Of a stretch of DNA of 64,000 nt, positions 12,798-25,356 are shown in pieces. A program made the translations under genes and the position numbers. The DNA is from Camelus dromedarius (taxonomy: Eukaryota): positions 73,782,001-73,846,000 of the forward strand of contig NC_087436.1 in the NCBI RefSeq assembly GCF_036321535.1, given 5' to 3'. Position 1 is the first letter of the stretch; each line of letters opens with the position of its first letter. The notes beneath the pieces are model-generated. The model had not been told where the DNA came from. It saw only the letters and a program-made list of their open reading frames with translations, and did no database searches.

Positions 12798-13566
12798 TTC
12801 TGTCTCATCTTAATTGTTTGAGGCCATCTTTGACGTTATTCTGGTACCTCAGTAATTAAACACTTAGAAAAGGTTTAAGATGAATCTATTTTACACTGAA
12901 TTTCATACTGAAATGAAAATGCTATAGTATATATATATATGTACACATGTGTTAGCCAGAAAACAATCACATAGATACATGTTTATTACAGTATTTTTAG
13001 AAGGTAATTTTCTTGCCTGAAACTGAGCCTGTTCAGTTGAATTTGTTTTAGATTAGATTGAGCGTTGTATATCCTGGGATGTTTGTGACTGGGGGAAATA
13101 GACATTTATTTCTTCTTAATTATGATATTTGTATTCTAATTGTGTTAAAATATGTAAATTTTGTTTCTTTAAGAATTGGGCTATTGCAGTTTTTAAAATG
13201 CCACAAGTAGATCTTATCATTCAGCAGCTTGTTATTTCTGCAGCTTAGACAACTCCTCGATTGTATTCATCAGCGTACTCAACTGTTCTTTTCATCAGAA
13301 ATATACATGCCATCCAAATGTTTTTATATTATTTTTAACTGCCATAACTTACTGAATCACTATAAATTATCCTTCTTTGTCTTTCCTAATAATTTTTTGT
13401 CTCGTCTGTTAAGTGTACCATCTGTCTACTCCAGCTCTCTTGGTTACTGTTAGCGTGATACATCTTTTTCTATTCTTTAACTTGTAACCTATTTGTGTCA
13501 TTGAATCTAAGTTATGTCTCTTGTAAAAGGTGTACAGTTGGATCATGTTTTTAAAAATCCATTCTG

Positions 13567-14758
13567 GAGGGTTGGGGCCAAGATGGCAGAGTAGAAAAAC
13601 CCTGTGCTCACCTTCTCTCACAAACACACTAAAATCACAACCATCTGCAAAACAATCATCAATGAAAAAGACTGGAACCTACCAGAAAAGATCTTCTACA
13701 ACTAAAGACACAAAGAAGGAACCACAATGAGATGAGTAGGAGGGGCAAACTCACAATATAATGACATCCCACACCTCTGGGTGGGCAGCCTACAACTGAA
13801 GAATAATTACACTGCAGAGGGTTTCCCACAGGAGTGAGAGTTCTGAGTCCCATGTCAGGCTCCTCAGCCCAGGGGTCTGGCACCAGGAAGATGAACCCCC
13901 CAGAGCACTAGACTTTGAAGGCTCAGGACTTAATTTTAGGAGCCTCAGAGGACTAGGGGAAATAGAGACTTCACTCTTAAAGAGCACACACAAAATTTCA
14001 TGTGTACTGGGACCCAGGGTAAAATCAGTAGTTTGACAGGAGCCTAGGCCAGACCTAGCTACTGGTCTTGGAGAGTCTCCACAAGAGGTGGGGGGTGGCT
14101 GCAGCTCATGCTGGGGACATCAGCACTGGTAGCAGCCATATTTGGGAACATCCTACTGCATAAATACTGATGCTGGTGCTGCCATCTTTGCTTATTAGTG
14201 CCAAGACCTAGCACCACCCAACAGCCTGTAGGCACCAGTGCTGGGACGCCTCAGGCCAATTAACTGAGTGGGGACACAGCCCCACGCATCAGCAGACTGG
14301 CTGCCTGAGGACTTCCTAAGCCCACAGCTGCCTCTAGACATGCCCCTGGTCATGGCCTTGCCCACCAGAGGACCAAGACCGAGCTCTACCCACCAGTGGG
14401 CAGGTACCTGCCCTTCCCTCCAGGAAGCCTGCACTAGCCTCTCAACAAGCCTCACTCACCTGGGAGCAGACAACAGATGACAAGAAAACTATGATCCTGC
14501 AGCCTGTAGACCCGGCCTGTCCACAGCAGGCCAGGGCCAGACCCTACCCTGGGACCAGCTGGGCCTTGGTCCTGTCTACTAGCAGGCTGACACAAGCTTT
14601 AGGACACCCCAGGCCCATACCCAACTGTGTCGGGAACCAGCCTTCCCACCAACACTCTGAAATGAGCTCTAGGATTCCCAGGCCTTGTAACCAGACTTGG
14701 GGAACCAGCTCTGCTTGCCAGTAGTCTGATACTAACCCCAGGACCCGGCTTCACCCAC
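13567..14758 (+). mobile_element. Isolated GC-rich L1 5'UTR fragment inserted in an older minus-strand L1
   Basis: Starts GGGGCCAAGATGGCAGAGTAG...CTCACCTTCTCTCACAAACACAC, resembling the L1 5' ends at 27257 and 28877; no ORF1/ORF2 or tail follows. Confidence 0.7.
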
Positions 14759-17269
14759 ACAATCTGCCGTTTTGCTTTGTATTTTCTATATGTCTTGTCT
14801 TTTCTGCTTTTCTGTTCCTCTGTTACTACTGGCTTTTGTGTTAAACAGATATTTCCTAGCATATAATTCTCTGTTTGTTAAAAAATGGCTTTATGGTGAT
14901 ATAATTTACAAATATACAATTAACCCATTTAAGGTGTACAGATCAGTGACTTTTAATGTATTGAAAGAGTTGTGCAGCCATCACCACAATCAATTTAAAA
15001 AACACACCACTGCAAAAAGAAAGTCCACATCCTTTAGCCATCACCTTCTAACTTCCCACTCTTCCCAGCCCTAGGTAACCACTCATTTACTTTTGCTTCA
15101 CGTAGATTTGTCTTTTTTGTGCAAGGCTTCTTTTGTTCAGGATAATGTTTTCTAGATTCATCTGTGTAGTTGTGTGAATCAGTAATTTTTCCTCTTCATT
15201 TCTGCATAGTATTCCATTACACAAACATACCAGTTGGTTTATCCATTCTCTTGTTGATGGTCATTTGAACTGTGTCCAGATTTTAGTTACTATATTTAAG
15301 GCTTCTATGAACATTTTTGTATAAATCATTTTCTGGACATAAGCTTTCATTTCTCTTAGATTTCTATAGTAGAACAGAGTGATATTTTTAAAGCATAAGT
15401 CATCATGCCACTCATCTGCTTAAGGCCCTTCAACAACTTAGTTATATTTAGTATTAAGTCCAGTTTTGTATCCTGTTTTACTAAGTCCTCTATGATCTGA
15501 CTGCTACTGATTTCTATAGCCTCATCTCACATTGTTCCCTCTCAGCCACTATACTCCAGTCACAGAGGCCCTTAACACTAGGGATTTTCTTTATCTGGAA
15601 TGCTTTTTCCCTTATTCTTTGCATTTGTAGTTCTTTCTGGACATTTGGATTTTAGCTAAATAGTATCTTCTCTTACCAAACAATCTAGAGCAGCCACGAT
15701 GTTATTTTAATTCTTTGACATTTTTCACTTTCTTAAAATTTGGTTAGTTTCATTTTTTAATGTCTATTTTTTCACACACAAATGTGAGCCCCCAAAGAGC
15801 AGGGACCTCATCAGTCTTATTCACAGCTCATCCCCAGCAACTCAAACATCACCTGGCATATGGAAGGTATCCAGCAACTATTGGATGGATGGATATATGT
15901 ATAAATTTTTTTTTCAGACTTTAAGAAACAGCATAAATAAGAATTACACATCTTCAAAAAGAACTTCCACTGACTCATCACATTTCTACATTAGGATATG
16001 GGTATTACTGTTTTCTCTAGCTTTAGGAACTAAGTTTAACCTAAGAAAACTGTAATTTCCCCAGAAGATAGCATAGATTCAAATAGATAGAGTCAATACA
16101 GATATTCTCAGCTAGCTATTGGCCAGAATCTTCATTCCTAGGACTGTGGGGTAAATATAAATGTACAAAGGGTGGTGCACCTGTAATTATGCATTGAATG
16201 AATGAAGGAATGCAAATCTCTTCAGTGCCCATTATCTATGTGATTGTGCATAGTATTGGAAGCAGAAGAATGAGGAGAGCTGTGCTTATTCTCATTACTG
16301 TCTGTGTACTTTGTGTAGGGAACCAAGCTAACCACAGCTATTCTCAGGGAATGCTAGGAAGGATAAGATCCAATTTCTGTCCTTGATGGACTTGCATTCT
16401 AAATAGAGACACTGACACATACGAAACAATAAATATCAATAAAAGCAACTGTATGATTAGTGCCAAGTGAATGGTATAGACAGTGAATAATATGGGGGTT
16501 CACAGGAGAATGTATTCATTAAGACCAAAAATACTCAGATGAACCTCTAAATGTGAATTGTACTTAGACAAGTGGCCAGGAAGGGAGATCATACGCAATT
16601 CAAGAAATACCACAAAAAATGGTATACAGAGATGCCAATCAAACAGGCAGAATAGTACAGCCTCATTGGGATGGTAATACCTTGTTAGGGTTCTGTAAGG
16701 ATCTGGTCCTCAGTTTTACAGGTCCAGAACTTCTCATTTTTTCCTAATCATCCAGGGTAAACACGGTCTCAAAGAGTTAATTCACATCGTTGTGCAACCA
16801 CAACAAGAGAAATCTACAAGAGACTCATGCAAATTAAAAAGACAGTTTATTCATTTATAATGAGGACCTTACAGTGAGTAGGATGATTGCGTCTGATATC
16901 CAAGTCACCCTTTCCCATTATCAGAGAACCTGGGAAGTTGAATGAGTAATCAGAATGTCTTCTGGTAAAAACAGAATCCAAACAAAGGACTGTTCTTGTT
17001 TTGAATGGGGATCTGCTCAGGAGAGAAATGTAAGTGGTCAATGTGGAGAATTCAGAAAAGAAAAATCAGACTTTAGAGACAATAGCAAAACAACTATTAC
17101 TTGTTACATCCACAGCCAACCTTATGTGAATCATTTGAATGGAAATCTAAATTATAACTCTTAAAATTTGTATTTCAATTTTTGCAAAGCTTTTGATATA
17201 TTAACTTTCTTAATATTCACTGATCTGAGTCTAGTTTTGAAAGAAAACAAGAATTAAGGAAATACTCCA

Positions 17270-17675
17270 TCTTTAGTTTCAGTTTCCTTTGCTGTTGGTT
17301 TATCTTTAAGACTTTGTGGCATCAGGCCAAAAAGAAACAGTCTGCCCTAACAAGACTTATTACAGACCCAGAAAAAAAATGCTTTCCGAGAAACTACTGT
17401 GCTTAGAAGAAATTTCCTAAAAAGTGAGCAGAAGGAGTTCAGTGATTTCTGTAGACTGGGAATCCCCTCAGCTGATGTACAGTACACCTTGGAAGTATGG
17501 GAGAGGGGGAAAGCTTTGCCTTTCATGGTTTTTACTGAATTGCCAAAGATTCCCTTAGCTAAGAGTGTGTGGTAATACTAGCTACACACTTTGGTTACCT
17601 CTGTGTCTCATCATTCACAGCCAGGGCAAAGTGAGTGAAATATACTTAAAAATCATCATGCTTGGGAAAGCCTGA
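17270..17675. promoter_or_regulatory. Putative IFN/NF-kB enhancer between CXCL10 and CXCL11
   Basis: ISRE AGTTTCAGTTTCC (17275-17287), GAS TTCCGAGAA (17384-17392), kB GGGAATCCCC (17458-17467), kB-like GGGAAAGCCT (~17664). Confidence 0.6.
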
Positions 17676-18339
17676 GAATGACTTCTGTTTGCATGCATAT
17701 TTACACCATGCAGCGTTTTGCTTTTCTCACACTTGAAGGGATGATGAAATGGGTTGTGAATCTAGGAATAGCAGTATATAGTTTGGTCTCTCACTTGCTC
17801 TGTGATCTTCAACTGATTGTTAGGTCTGTCTATGCTTCAGTTTTCTTATTTTCAGATATGCATTATAAAACCTAACCTATCCACCTTTCAGGATGTTCTA
17901 AAGATGACAGATTATTAAAAAGATATTTTAACAAGTCTAAATGAATTTTTCACTGGCCAACATTTCAAAAATATAGCCAGCTTTCTGGCCGAGTTTCAGC
18001 TTATCTCCTAGGTGCAGCAAATAGTATTTTCCCTCTGGATGATGTAGTTATTTGTGTGGTCAGATGTATCTGTTAGTCTGCAGCATTCACCAACCATAGG
18101 CATGACTCTCCTGGTGGAACAGAGGGTTGAAATCATGCAGCATTTATTCTTAGGAAAGGGCTTATATAGGTAACATAGCTTACCTTTGATGAATAAGAGT
18201 ATGCTGTGAATTTACAAAACAAGACAGAAGACGATTTCTCATTTTTCTTCTTTGTGCTATAGGTCCTAGCCTGAAAAAGAAAGAAAGAAATTCAAACGAT
18301 AAGAATTGGAAGAGAAGAAATAAAATTTTGCATAGGAGA

Positions 18340-18460
18340 TTGTCTAAATAACCACCCCCCAGGTTTACTAAGTTTTAGAAATAATAGAATTTATCAAAGT
18401 GGATGGCTAGAAGATCAATTCTGAATGCTCCATGGAAAAGTAGGGATTTATAGCCGAGGA

Positions 18461-18495
<35 letters not shown>

Positions 18496-18796
18496 GTGGA
18501 GCAGGGGATTAGCGGATGGAAAATTACTAAGGGAGTAAGGTAATTTTTGCTAAACTGACCTAATAGAATTCTTGTTGAATACAAGTCAGAGTGGTATCAC
18601 TGGGTGATGGTGGGAGATGAGGAGTTTGACCAGATATCAAGAGTGATTAGATATAAAGGGTGGAGGATTCTTGGTAAAGTGACTTAGTAGGATTCTTGCT
18701 AAAAGTGGATTCTCCAAAGACAAACATGAAAACCTACTGAAGAAGAGGTTCAGAAGAACAAACTAAAGGTTGCTCAAGGAAGAGAGTCTTTGTCAG
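18340..18796 (-). mobile_element. ERV1-class solo LTR (MER31-like) with internal (GT)n/(GTAT)n microsatellite
   Basis: Minus strand begins TGACAAAGACTCTCT...CTTTAG, resembling the MER31 5' end as recalled; microsatellite ~18461-18495. Confidence 0.5.
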
Positions 18797-20639
18797 AGGT
18801 TATTTTGAAGCATTATTGGAGGGTGGAAGACTGAGGCAGGGAGACCAGGGAGGTTCTTAACAGTAGTCTGGACAAGAGCTAATTAGGTCCTGAAGTTTAC
18901 TCACAGAGATAGGATTGAAAGGGGGTAAATTAAAGAAATTTAATGTGATAGGGATTGTACTTTCAGGTACTGTTATTTGAAGTATAAATGACAAGAGGTC
19001 CCTAATCATTGCTTTGTTTCCTACTATCATCTTTAATGGGCTGAATAGAATATATGTGTATGAATGTGTGTGTATGGGTGTATAGGTATAGATATATTTG
19101 TTGTTTGGTTGACATATAAAAGACAATTTAGATGATTTTATTTTCAGAATCTTGTGACAACCTGGGATTTGATGAAGTCAGGGCAGGTAGGCCATGGGCA
19201 TATGGCTTTGTTGAAGAGAGGCCTGTGGTCATGGGAGAGGTAGGGGCAGACCTGGTCTTTTTTTGGATATTGCTGTAGATGACAGAGAACATACCTTGAA
19301 ATAGAGTGCTGTATTTCTGAATTCATGCATTTGGAAGGACTTTTACAAATGTGACAGACTTAATCATTTGGGACAGGAAATAACTATAAAAGATACATAT
19401 ATATATATAGGAGGTAAGTATATATGATATTGATACCTTAATAAGATACGTGTATATGATAACTATAGTGAGAGCACCATAAAAGTAAGTGTATTTTGTT
19501 AAGTATGGTGCATCCCCCCTTCCTTCCCATAAATCAGAGATTTAAATAAAGTATATGTGAATTTTATAAATATTTTGTTCCATTTTTAATCAGAAGCTTT
19601 AGAAAATATCTAGTTTTAATTTTGATTCATTGTTAGTTGTCTTTTTGGGGGTGAGGACTCTTAAGAATGTAGTTCAATATGATGTAGTTCAGTAGTGCAT
19701 GTCACTATATTTTAGATCATATTTTAGTTTTTTTTTCAAGCTTTTATTGACAATTTGTCTTTTCTTTGTGAACAATTCACAGAAAAAGGCAAAGTCATGA
19801 TTTATGGGAAATCATGTAAAGTCTGTGATTTAACTCAGGGTATTTCCAGTATAGTAGCAGCTTATTGAGCAGCACCAAGCAACTATATCTGTATTTATGG
19901 TGCCAGAATTTCCAGCAAGTGTAGTTATCTTTCTTTGGTACTTAAGTGAAACTATAATTGCAGTGTACATAATGATCTCAGTCTCAGAATTTGTAGACAA
20001 GGCAAGAAGAAGCAACTAACACTGCCTTGCCAATCCCCCTCGAAAAAACAAACAGACAAAACCCCAAACAGTTGTGTGTGTTTGAATGTACTGTTATTTA
20101 TAATCCATGGAATGCACTGGATACATCAAAAAAGATTTATATTTGTTGGTTCTGGAAATCTTTTACGAACAAGGTATATTAATTCTATTTGGGTATATAA
20201 GTACTGTACTCAATAAACAAAAATAATGAAATATAATTTTTCCTTTTCTACCAGTATTATCCAGAACTACTACATCTGTTTGAAAGCTCCTCTTGGTTAA
20301 TTAGAAGAAACAGTTCTGGACTTCTAAATCACTGTGAATATTTGGCATCTCAGGTTCCATATATTTAAAACCAAACCTGCAGCTTTCTTTGCTAAACCAT
20401 AACCTCCTCTGATCTACCTATTACTGTTAGTGGCAGTACTAGTCTTTTAAACTTCAAAACCTCAGATTTTTTTCTTTGATCCTTTCACTGCCTCTACTTC
20501 AGATTCAAATCCTTAGCATTTTCCTTGATTTCTGTCCTCTGCTTCAGCCTTCACATACAGTCTATCACTGTCTTATTGATTCGTTTTGAAATGTAATTTC
20601 ATTGTATTTGTTTTCACCATTACCATCTTATTTTAGCCA

Positions 20640-21060
20640 TTATTATTGCAGTAAAACACACATAACATAAAAGTTACCATTTTAATCATTTAAAAGTATA
20701 AAATTCAGTGGCATTAAGTATATTCACAATGTTGTATAATCATCACTGTCTCTAGTTCCAGAACTTCATCTTCACTCCAAGCAGAAACTCTGTATCCATT
20801 GCTTCCTTCCAGCAGGCACTGACAACCGTTAATCTGCTTTCTGTTTTTATGGATCTGCCTATACTGAATGTTTCAAATAAATGAAATCATACAGTAGGTT
20901 GCCTTTTGCATCTGGCTGTTTTTACTGAGCGTGTTTTCAGGGTTCATTCATGTTGTAGCATGTATCAGTATTTTATTCCTTTATTTATGGCTGAATAATA
21001 TTACATTGATGGACATTTGGGTGTTTCTGCCTTTTGGCTGTTGTGAATAATGTTGTTTTG
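20640..21060 (-). mobile_element. Old L1 3'-end fragment (L1MB-like)
   Basis: Typical L1M 3'UTR text (ATTAAGTATATTCACAATGTTGTA...CATGTTGTAGCATGTATCAGTA). Confidence 0.65.
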
Positions 21061-22983
21061 CAAATGTAAGCAAAGTAAAGGTGGTACACAGAACTTGTAA
21101 AAAATAATGAAGATTGATCAAAAATATGCTAAAAAAATTGTAACAGTGGTTTGAGAATGACTTGAAGTTTGGAAAAGATAGACCTGAGCTATGGCAACAT
21201 ATTCCATTTCCCAAGCTTTCCCAGTTCCAACCAGCCTTTTACATCATCCCTACATAATTTAGAATAACTTGGATAGGGTCATTTTCTTGTTCATTAGCAT
21301 TTAATGAATACTGATTTTATAGAGGGCACAATTCAAGATTTTTTTTAGGTAGATATTTGATGTCCTTCATCTTTCCAGCCAAACCAATCTAATTATGATT
21401 TTCAAAACTCACCTTATACTTTCCTACAATTGTGCATTCCTTCTTGACATTCCTCTGCTGTGGGTCCGTTTCCCCATAGTTTCTATTGCAGTTCAGTCAT
21501 CCTATTCTTATTTATTGAGGGTTTGTTATCTGCCAGGCACAGGAATACTTTTTTATTTGCAGCAAATAGTGTCATGAAGAAGTAGAGTGTTACAAAAACA
21601 AATAGGACACCTAATTTAGTTTAGATTGAAGGGGTGGTTTCAAAGATGACCTCTTGGAGAAAATGTCATTTAAGCTGAGATACAAGTGACAAGTAGGCAT
21701 TAGCTTTAGTGAAGGAATGGACGAAGGGAATAGTATGTGTAAACGTACTGAGATAAGAAGGAGCTTGGCTCAAGTATGTTAATTCTTTCATTAGTTCATT
21801 TTGTTGTGAAGAAATTTAAGTATATGTTGTTTCTCACTAATAATGTACTGGTGGTCTATACTGCTTTACTTTAAAAAATACCAAATTTATCATATAGCCC
21901 TTACTCAGTGAATTTTTATTTTTAAAGATACTCCAAAAAAATCACTGGAAATACCAAATAATAGATGCAGGTCTTAAAATTATCCAGGGAATTCATATAG
22001 AAGTCCCATTTCTATGCAGAAAGTTACAGATTTATGATACATGTATATATAATATTTATACTATATATTATATTATCATGGAATAAATATACAAATTTAT
22101 ATACAAATCCCCTAGGTAACATTTTGGTTTCTCATTTTTGCTTGTAGGCACCAGTCAAAAAGCTAGTCAGTAGGAGGGCCTGTTACGTTCCAGGCATCCT
22201 CCTCTGCTATTTTCTGTGCATTCTCTGATGTGCTTTATAGTTGGTTCTTTGATATCAATGAGAAGGATACACAAAAGATGAATTTAAATTGTCCTTTTGT
22301 TTTCAAATAAACAGAAATAACCGATTTTTTGGTAATTGTGTAACTATTTTCATTTTTGAGATGTGTAGATGTCTATATAAGAGTGCTGTAACAGCTGAGA
22401 TTTTTGGATACATGCAGGGAAACTAACTCTGGCTAGCTTCTGCAGGAAAGGAATTTAATTGATAGTTAAAGAATCTACAGGAAGACTGAAGAATTAGACT
22501 TGAAAAATGTAGAAAAACCTAAAGCTGCTAGGTGGCAGGAAGGACTAGCCTAAGTCATGTTACAGGAACGTGTTAGGATCCACTGTTAAAAGACTTACAG
22601 TACTGCCTCTTTAAACATTTCTTGGTGATAGCATCTTTGTGGTGCTAGATGTAGTCAAAGTCTAGGGAAGGAGTGGTCTGGTTGAGACCTTATTCTATCT
22701 ACCAGGGAGGAACTCCTTCCTTTGGCTTCTACCTTTTGGCCTCCTTCCAAACTCACATAATAAGGAATTTTCCCTGAGTAAGGAGGGAGTTTGAACCTAG
22801 GAAGTCCCCTTAAAAAAAGAGATAGCTGTCCTCCACAACTACTTACTAAAATATGTTTTCAGAACAGTTCTGTGTAATGACAGGTGGCTGTATGCCTCTT
22901 GAAATACAAGGTGAAATTGTTTAAAGAATCTTACACTTCTGGATAGCATATGATTGTTTCTGTTTTAAGAAGGGTTTTGGTAG

Positions 22984-22989
22984 TTTATT
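22984..22989 (-). terminator. CXCL11 distal polyadenylation signal AATAAA
   Basis: TTTATT on +; further AATAAA hexamers at 23133-23138 and 23513-23518. Confidence 0.6.
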
Positions 22990-23813
22990 AGAGAAAAATT
23001 ATTTTGATTTTTTTCAATGTGAAACTATTTTAGATATCCCTAACTTTTATCACAGAGGTATGACTTAAAAAAAGACATTTTTCTAAGCAAAAGAATCACA
23101 AAGTAAAGGTGATTGCCAGATGAGCATATATATTTATTTTTCAACATTTACTTTGGTAGACAAAGAATTTCATGTTTAAAATATGTCCAAAATACTGCTA
23201 TAATTTATAAGAATAGATAAACCAAAATTCATGGTAAACACATATATCCTAATTGCTTCAAAACATCTCAATGAAAAAAAAGCCAAGTTGTTAAAAAAAA
23301 AACCCCAAGATCAGAGCTACTTACTCAGTTATAAAATATTTGCACTGTTACTAGTTACCCTTACCTTATAATTATCTTCATAGTATATTTCATGAATTAC
23401 AGACTTAAAAAAAATAAAACAAGGTGATATATAAAAACTTTTTCCATTTATATGCATATATAATTTGGGGGGAAAGAAATGTGGATTTGAATAAAAAATT
23501 ACTTCAGGAATGTTTATTCCACACATGGGTGCTTTTGACTTACAAGCCATGGTCTTGACTCCAGTAATAATGTTATAGTGTAACATGAAATATATAGATC
23601 AAGTACAGACATAACTTTTAGAGACAGAGATGTTTTTATAGCCACAGCAGAATAGTTATAAGCATAAAACCTCCTAGAAAGTTTCCTAAACCTTGAAATG
23701 CATGAGTGTACATTGCAACAGGCAGCAGAAAGTCAGTTTCCTATTAAGAATTCCCATCATTTCAGTAGTCACAGTAAGTTGTTCTAGGTTTTCAAATCCT
23801 CTTTCCCAGGACT

Positions 23814-23855
23814 TCATATGTTCTGATATTTCAAAAAATTCATTCTTTCAACTTT
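23814..23855 (-). CDS. CXCL11: CXCL11 coding exon 4
   Basis: ctcattacag|AAA GTT GAA AGA ATG AAT TTT TTG AAA TAT CAG AAC ATA TGA = KVERMNFLKYQNI*. Confidence 0.95.
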   Translation of the reverse strand, partial: KVERMNFLKYQNI

Positions 23856-24091
23856 CTGTAATGAGAAGATGAGAGTTTTTACAAACTTGATCTGTTCTTG
23901 TTTCCCAGCAATTTAAGAGTTGACTTGAGAAAACGTATGGCAGGAAAGGGAAGCTAGTTATAACCAAAAACCCCTTATCAGAACACTTCACACAGGATCA
24001 TAACAGAATCATTCTGCAGTTGTCTTTATTTTTTCAAAAGATTTCTCTTGGAAAAAACAGATTATAAAATGGAAGTAATCTGGTAACCTAC

Positions 24092-24164
24092 CTTGATTAT
24101 AACATTTGCTTGCTTTGACTTGGAATTTAGGCATCTTTGTCCCTTATGTGCTTTCAGGGTGATA
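24092..24164 (-). CDS. CXCL11: CXCL11 coding exon 3
   Basis: ttaacag|T ATC ACC CTG AAA...ATA ATC AAG|gtaggt; ITLKAHKGQRCLNSKSKQANVIIK; 73 nt. Confidence 0.97.
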
Positions 24165-24267
24165 CTGTTAAAGGAAGATCCAAACAGTCTTAAATTTTGG
24201 ATGGAAAAACATAAAAACAAAACAAAAAGCCACCACCAATGTCATCTTCATTGAGTACGTTACTTAC

Positions 24268-24394
24268 ATCACTTCTGTTTTGTCACAGTTATTAGTTGGG
24301 TAAATTATGGAGACTTTCTCAATGTCTGCCACTTTCACTGCTTTTACTCCACGGCCTGTGCAAAGACACCGTCCCCCTTTAAACATGGGAAATC
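24268..24394 (-). CDS. CXCL11: CXCL11 coding exon 2
   Basis: ttctag|GA TTT CCC ATG TTT AAA...GAA GTG AT|gtaagt; [26 protein letters not shown]...; 127 nt. Confidence 0.97.
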
Positions 24395-24971
24395 CTAGAA
24401 CAGATCATAGCATCAGTTACTAATTCATCTGATTGCAACAGATGGCTGTAGTTTATCGTCTTGTTGAAGGAGATGGGCCAAGTTTTCATTAAGGATAAAG
24501 ATAGTTTGTCAGACAGCAGTCGACACTGCTCTTACTGGAAAAGGAGCTTAAGTAAGAAATTGATGATTTCCTCTTTGAATTTGTAAGCAAACCATTAAAG
24601 AATAAAGAAAAGCATGAAAGAAGTTTATTAGATATCAAGCTTATCTGCCTCTTGCTTTTATGCTCAAAAATTTTTCCAGGAAGCTAATAACATTATCTCA
24701 TATAAAATCTTCTTAGCAAACATTTAAATATTACTAAAGCCTCCTGCCAATTCTGTAGCCAAATAAATTCCATGAAATTATCACTGTTAGTTTCAGCAAT
24801 CATCTCTGATGTTTAAAGTATTTCCAATATTCTCTACCAAAGCTATAGTAACTTCTAATGTGTAAGGTTAAATAAAAATTTACTGTATCTTTTAGTATAA
24901 AAGTGGAAGAAAAGACATTTGAAGCATTAGAAAAGAAACTTACAGGTTTAGAAGTAAAAAGTACCATATAC

Positions 24972-25032
24972 CTTTCACAGTTGTAGCACAGAATATCACA
25001 GCCAAGACTATAACCATGCTCTTCATACTCAT
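24972..25032 (-). CDS. CXCL11: CXCL11 coding exon 1 (signal peptide)
   Basis: ACAAAC ATG AGT ATG AAG AGC ATG...GTG AAA G|gtatat; MSMKSMVIVLAVIFCATTVK; 61 nt. Confidence 0.97.
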
Positions 25033-25114
25033 GTTTGTCTGTTGCTGCTGCTTGGACTTTGAGACTCTTCTTGGAGGGAGTAGGAATGCTGAGCATGGAA
25101 GAGAATTCTTAATT

Positions 25115-25356
25115 GGTATATATAAAGCATTCTGTACACAATCCTCTTATGGCACAGGAATTTCCCTCCTTGTGTCATGTTCCTTTCTTCCAAGAGTTTC
25201 TGTTTTGTTCTCATCTAAGTATTACTGTCCTTTCCTTTTGTTCAATGTTGAAAGTGATACGACTGTGAAAGCAGTTTGTAGACAGTAAAGAGCTGTATAA
25301 GTTAGAATAGGATACACCCAGATGGGAACTAGCCTTAAGGTAGCATTTCCTAGAAA
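25115..25356 (-). promoter_or_regulatory. CXCL11 promoter: TATA, kB, ISRE, GAS-like
   Basis: TATATATA (~25117-25124), GGGAAATTCC (25157-25166), ISRE-like AGTTTCTGTTTTG (25195-25207), TTCCTAGAA (25347-25355). Confidence 0.8.

Larger units (their letters stand above)
22965..25095 (-). other. CXCL11: CXCL11 gene (transcribed span, 4 exons; 100-aa precursor)
   Basis: Spliced product [100 protein letters not shown]; coding exons 61/127/73/42 nt, GT-AG. Transcript ends approximate. Confidence 0.97.

Noticed and set aside
24800..25096. Out-of-frame upstream ATG ORF overlapping the CXCL11 start
   Set aside because: The ATG lies at about the predicted TSS, so it is probably not usable, and the ORF runs into intron 1.
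25016..25288. Plus-strand 90-aa ORF with a signal-peptide-like start (MLFILMFVCCCC...)
   Set aside because: It is antisense to CXCL11 exon 1 and promoter; no independent support.
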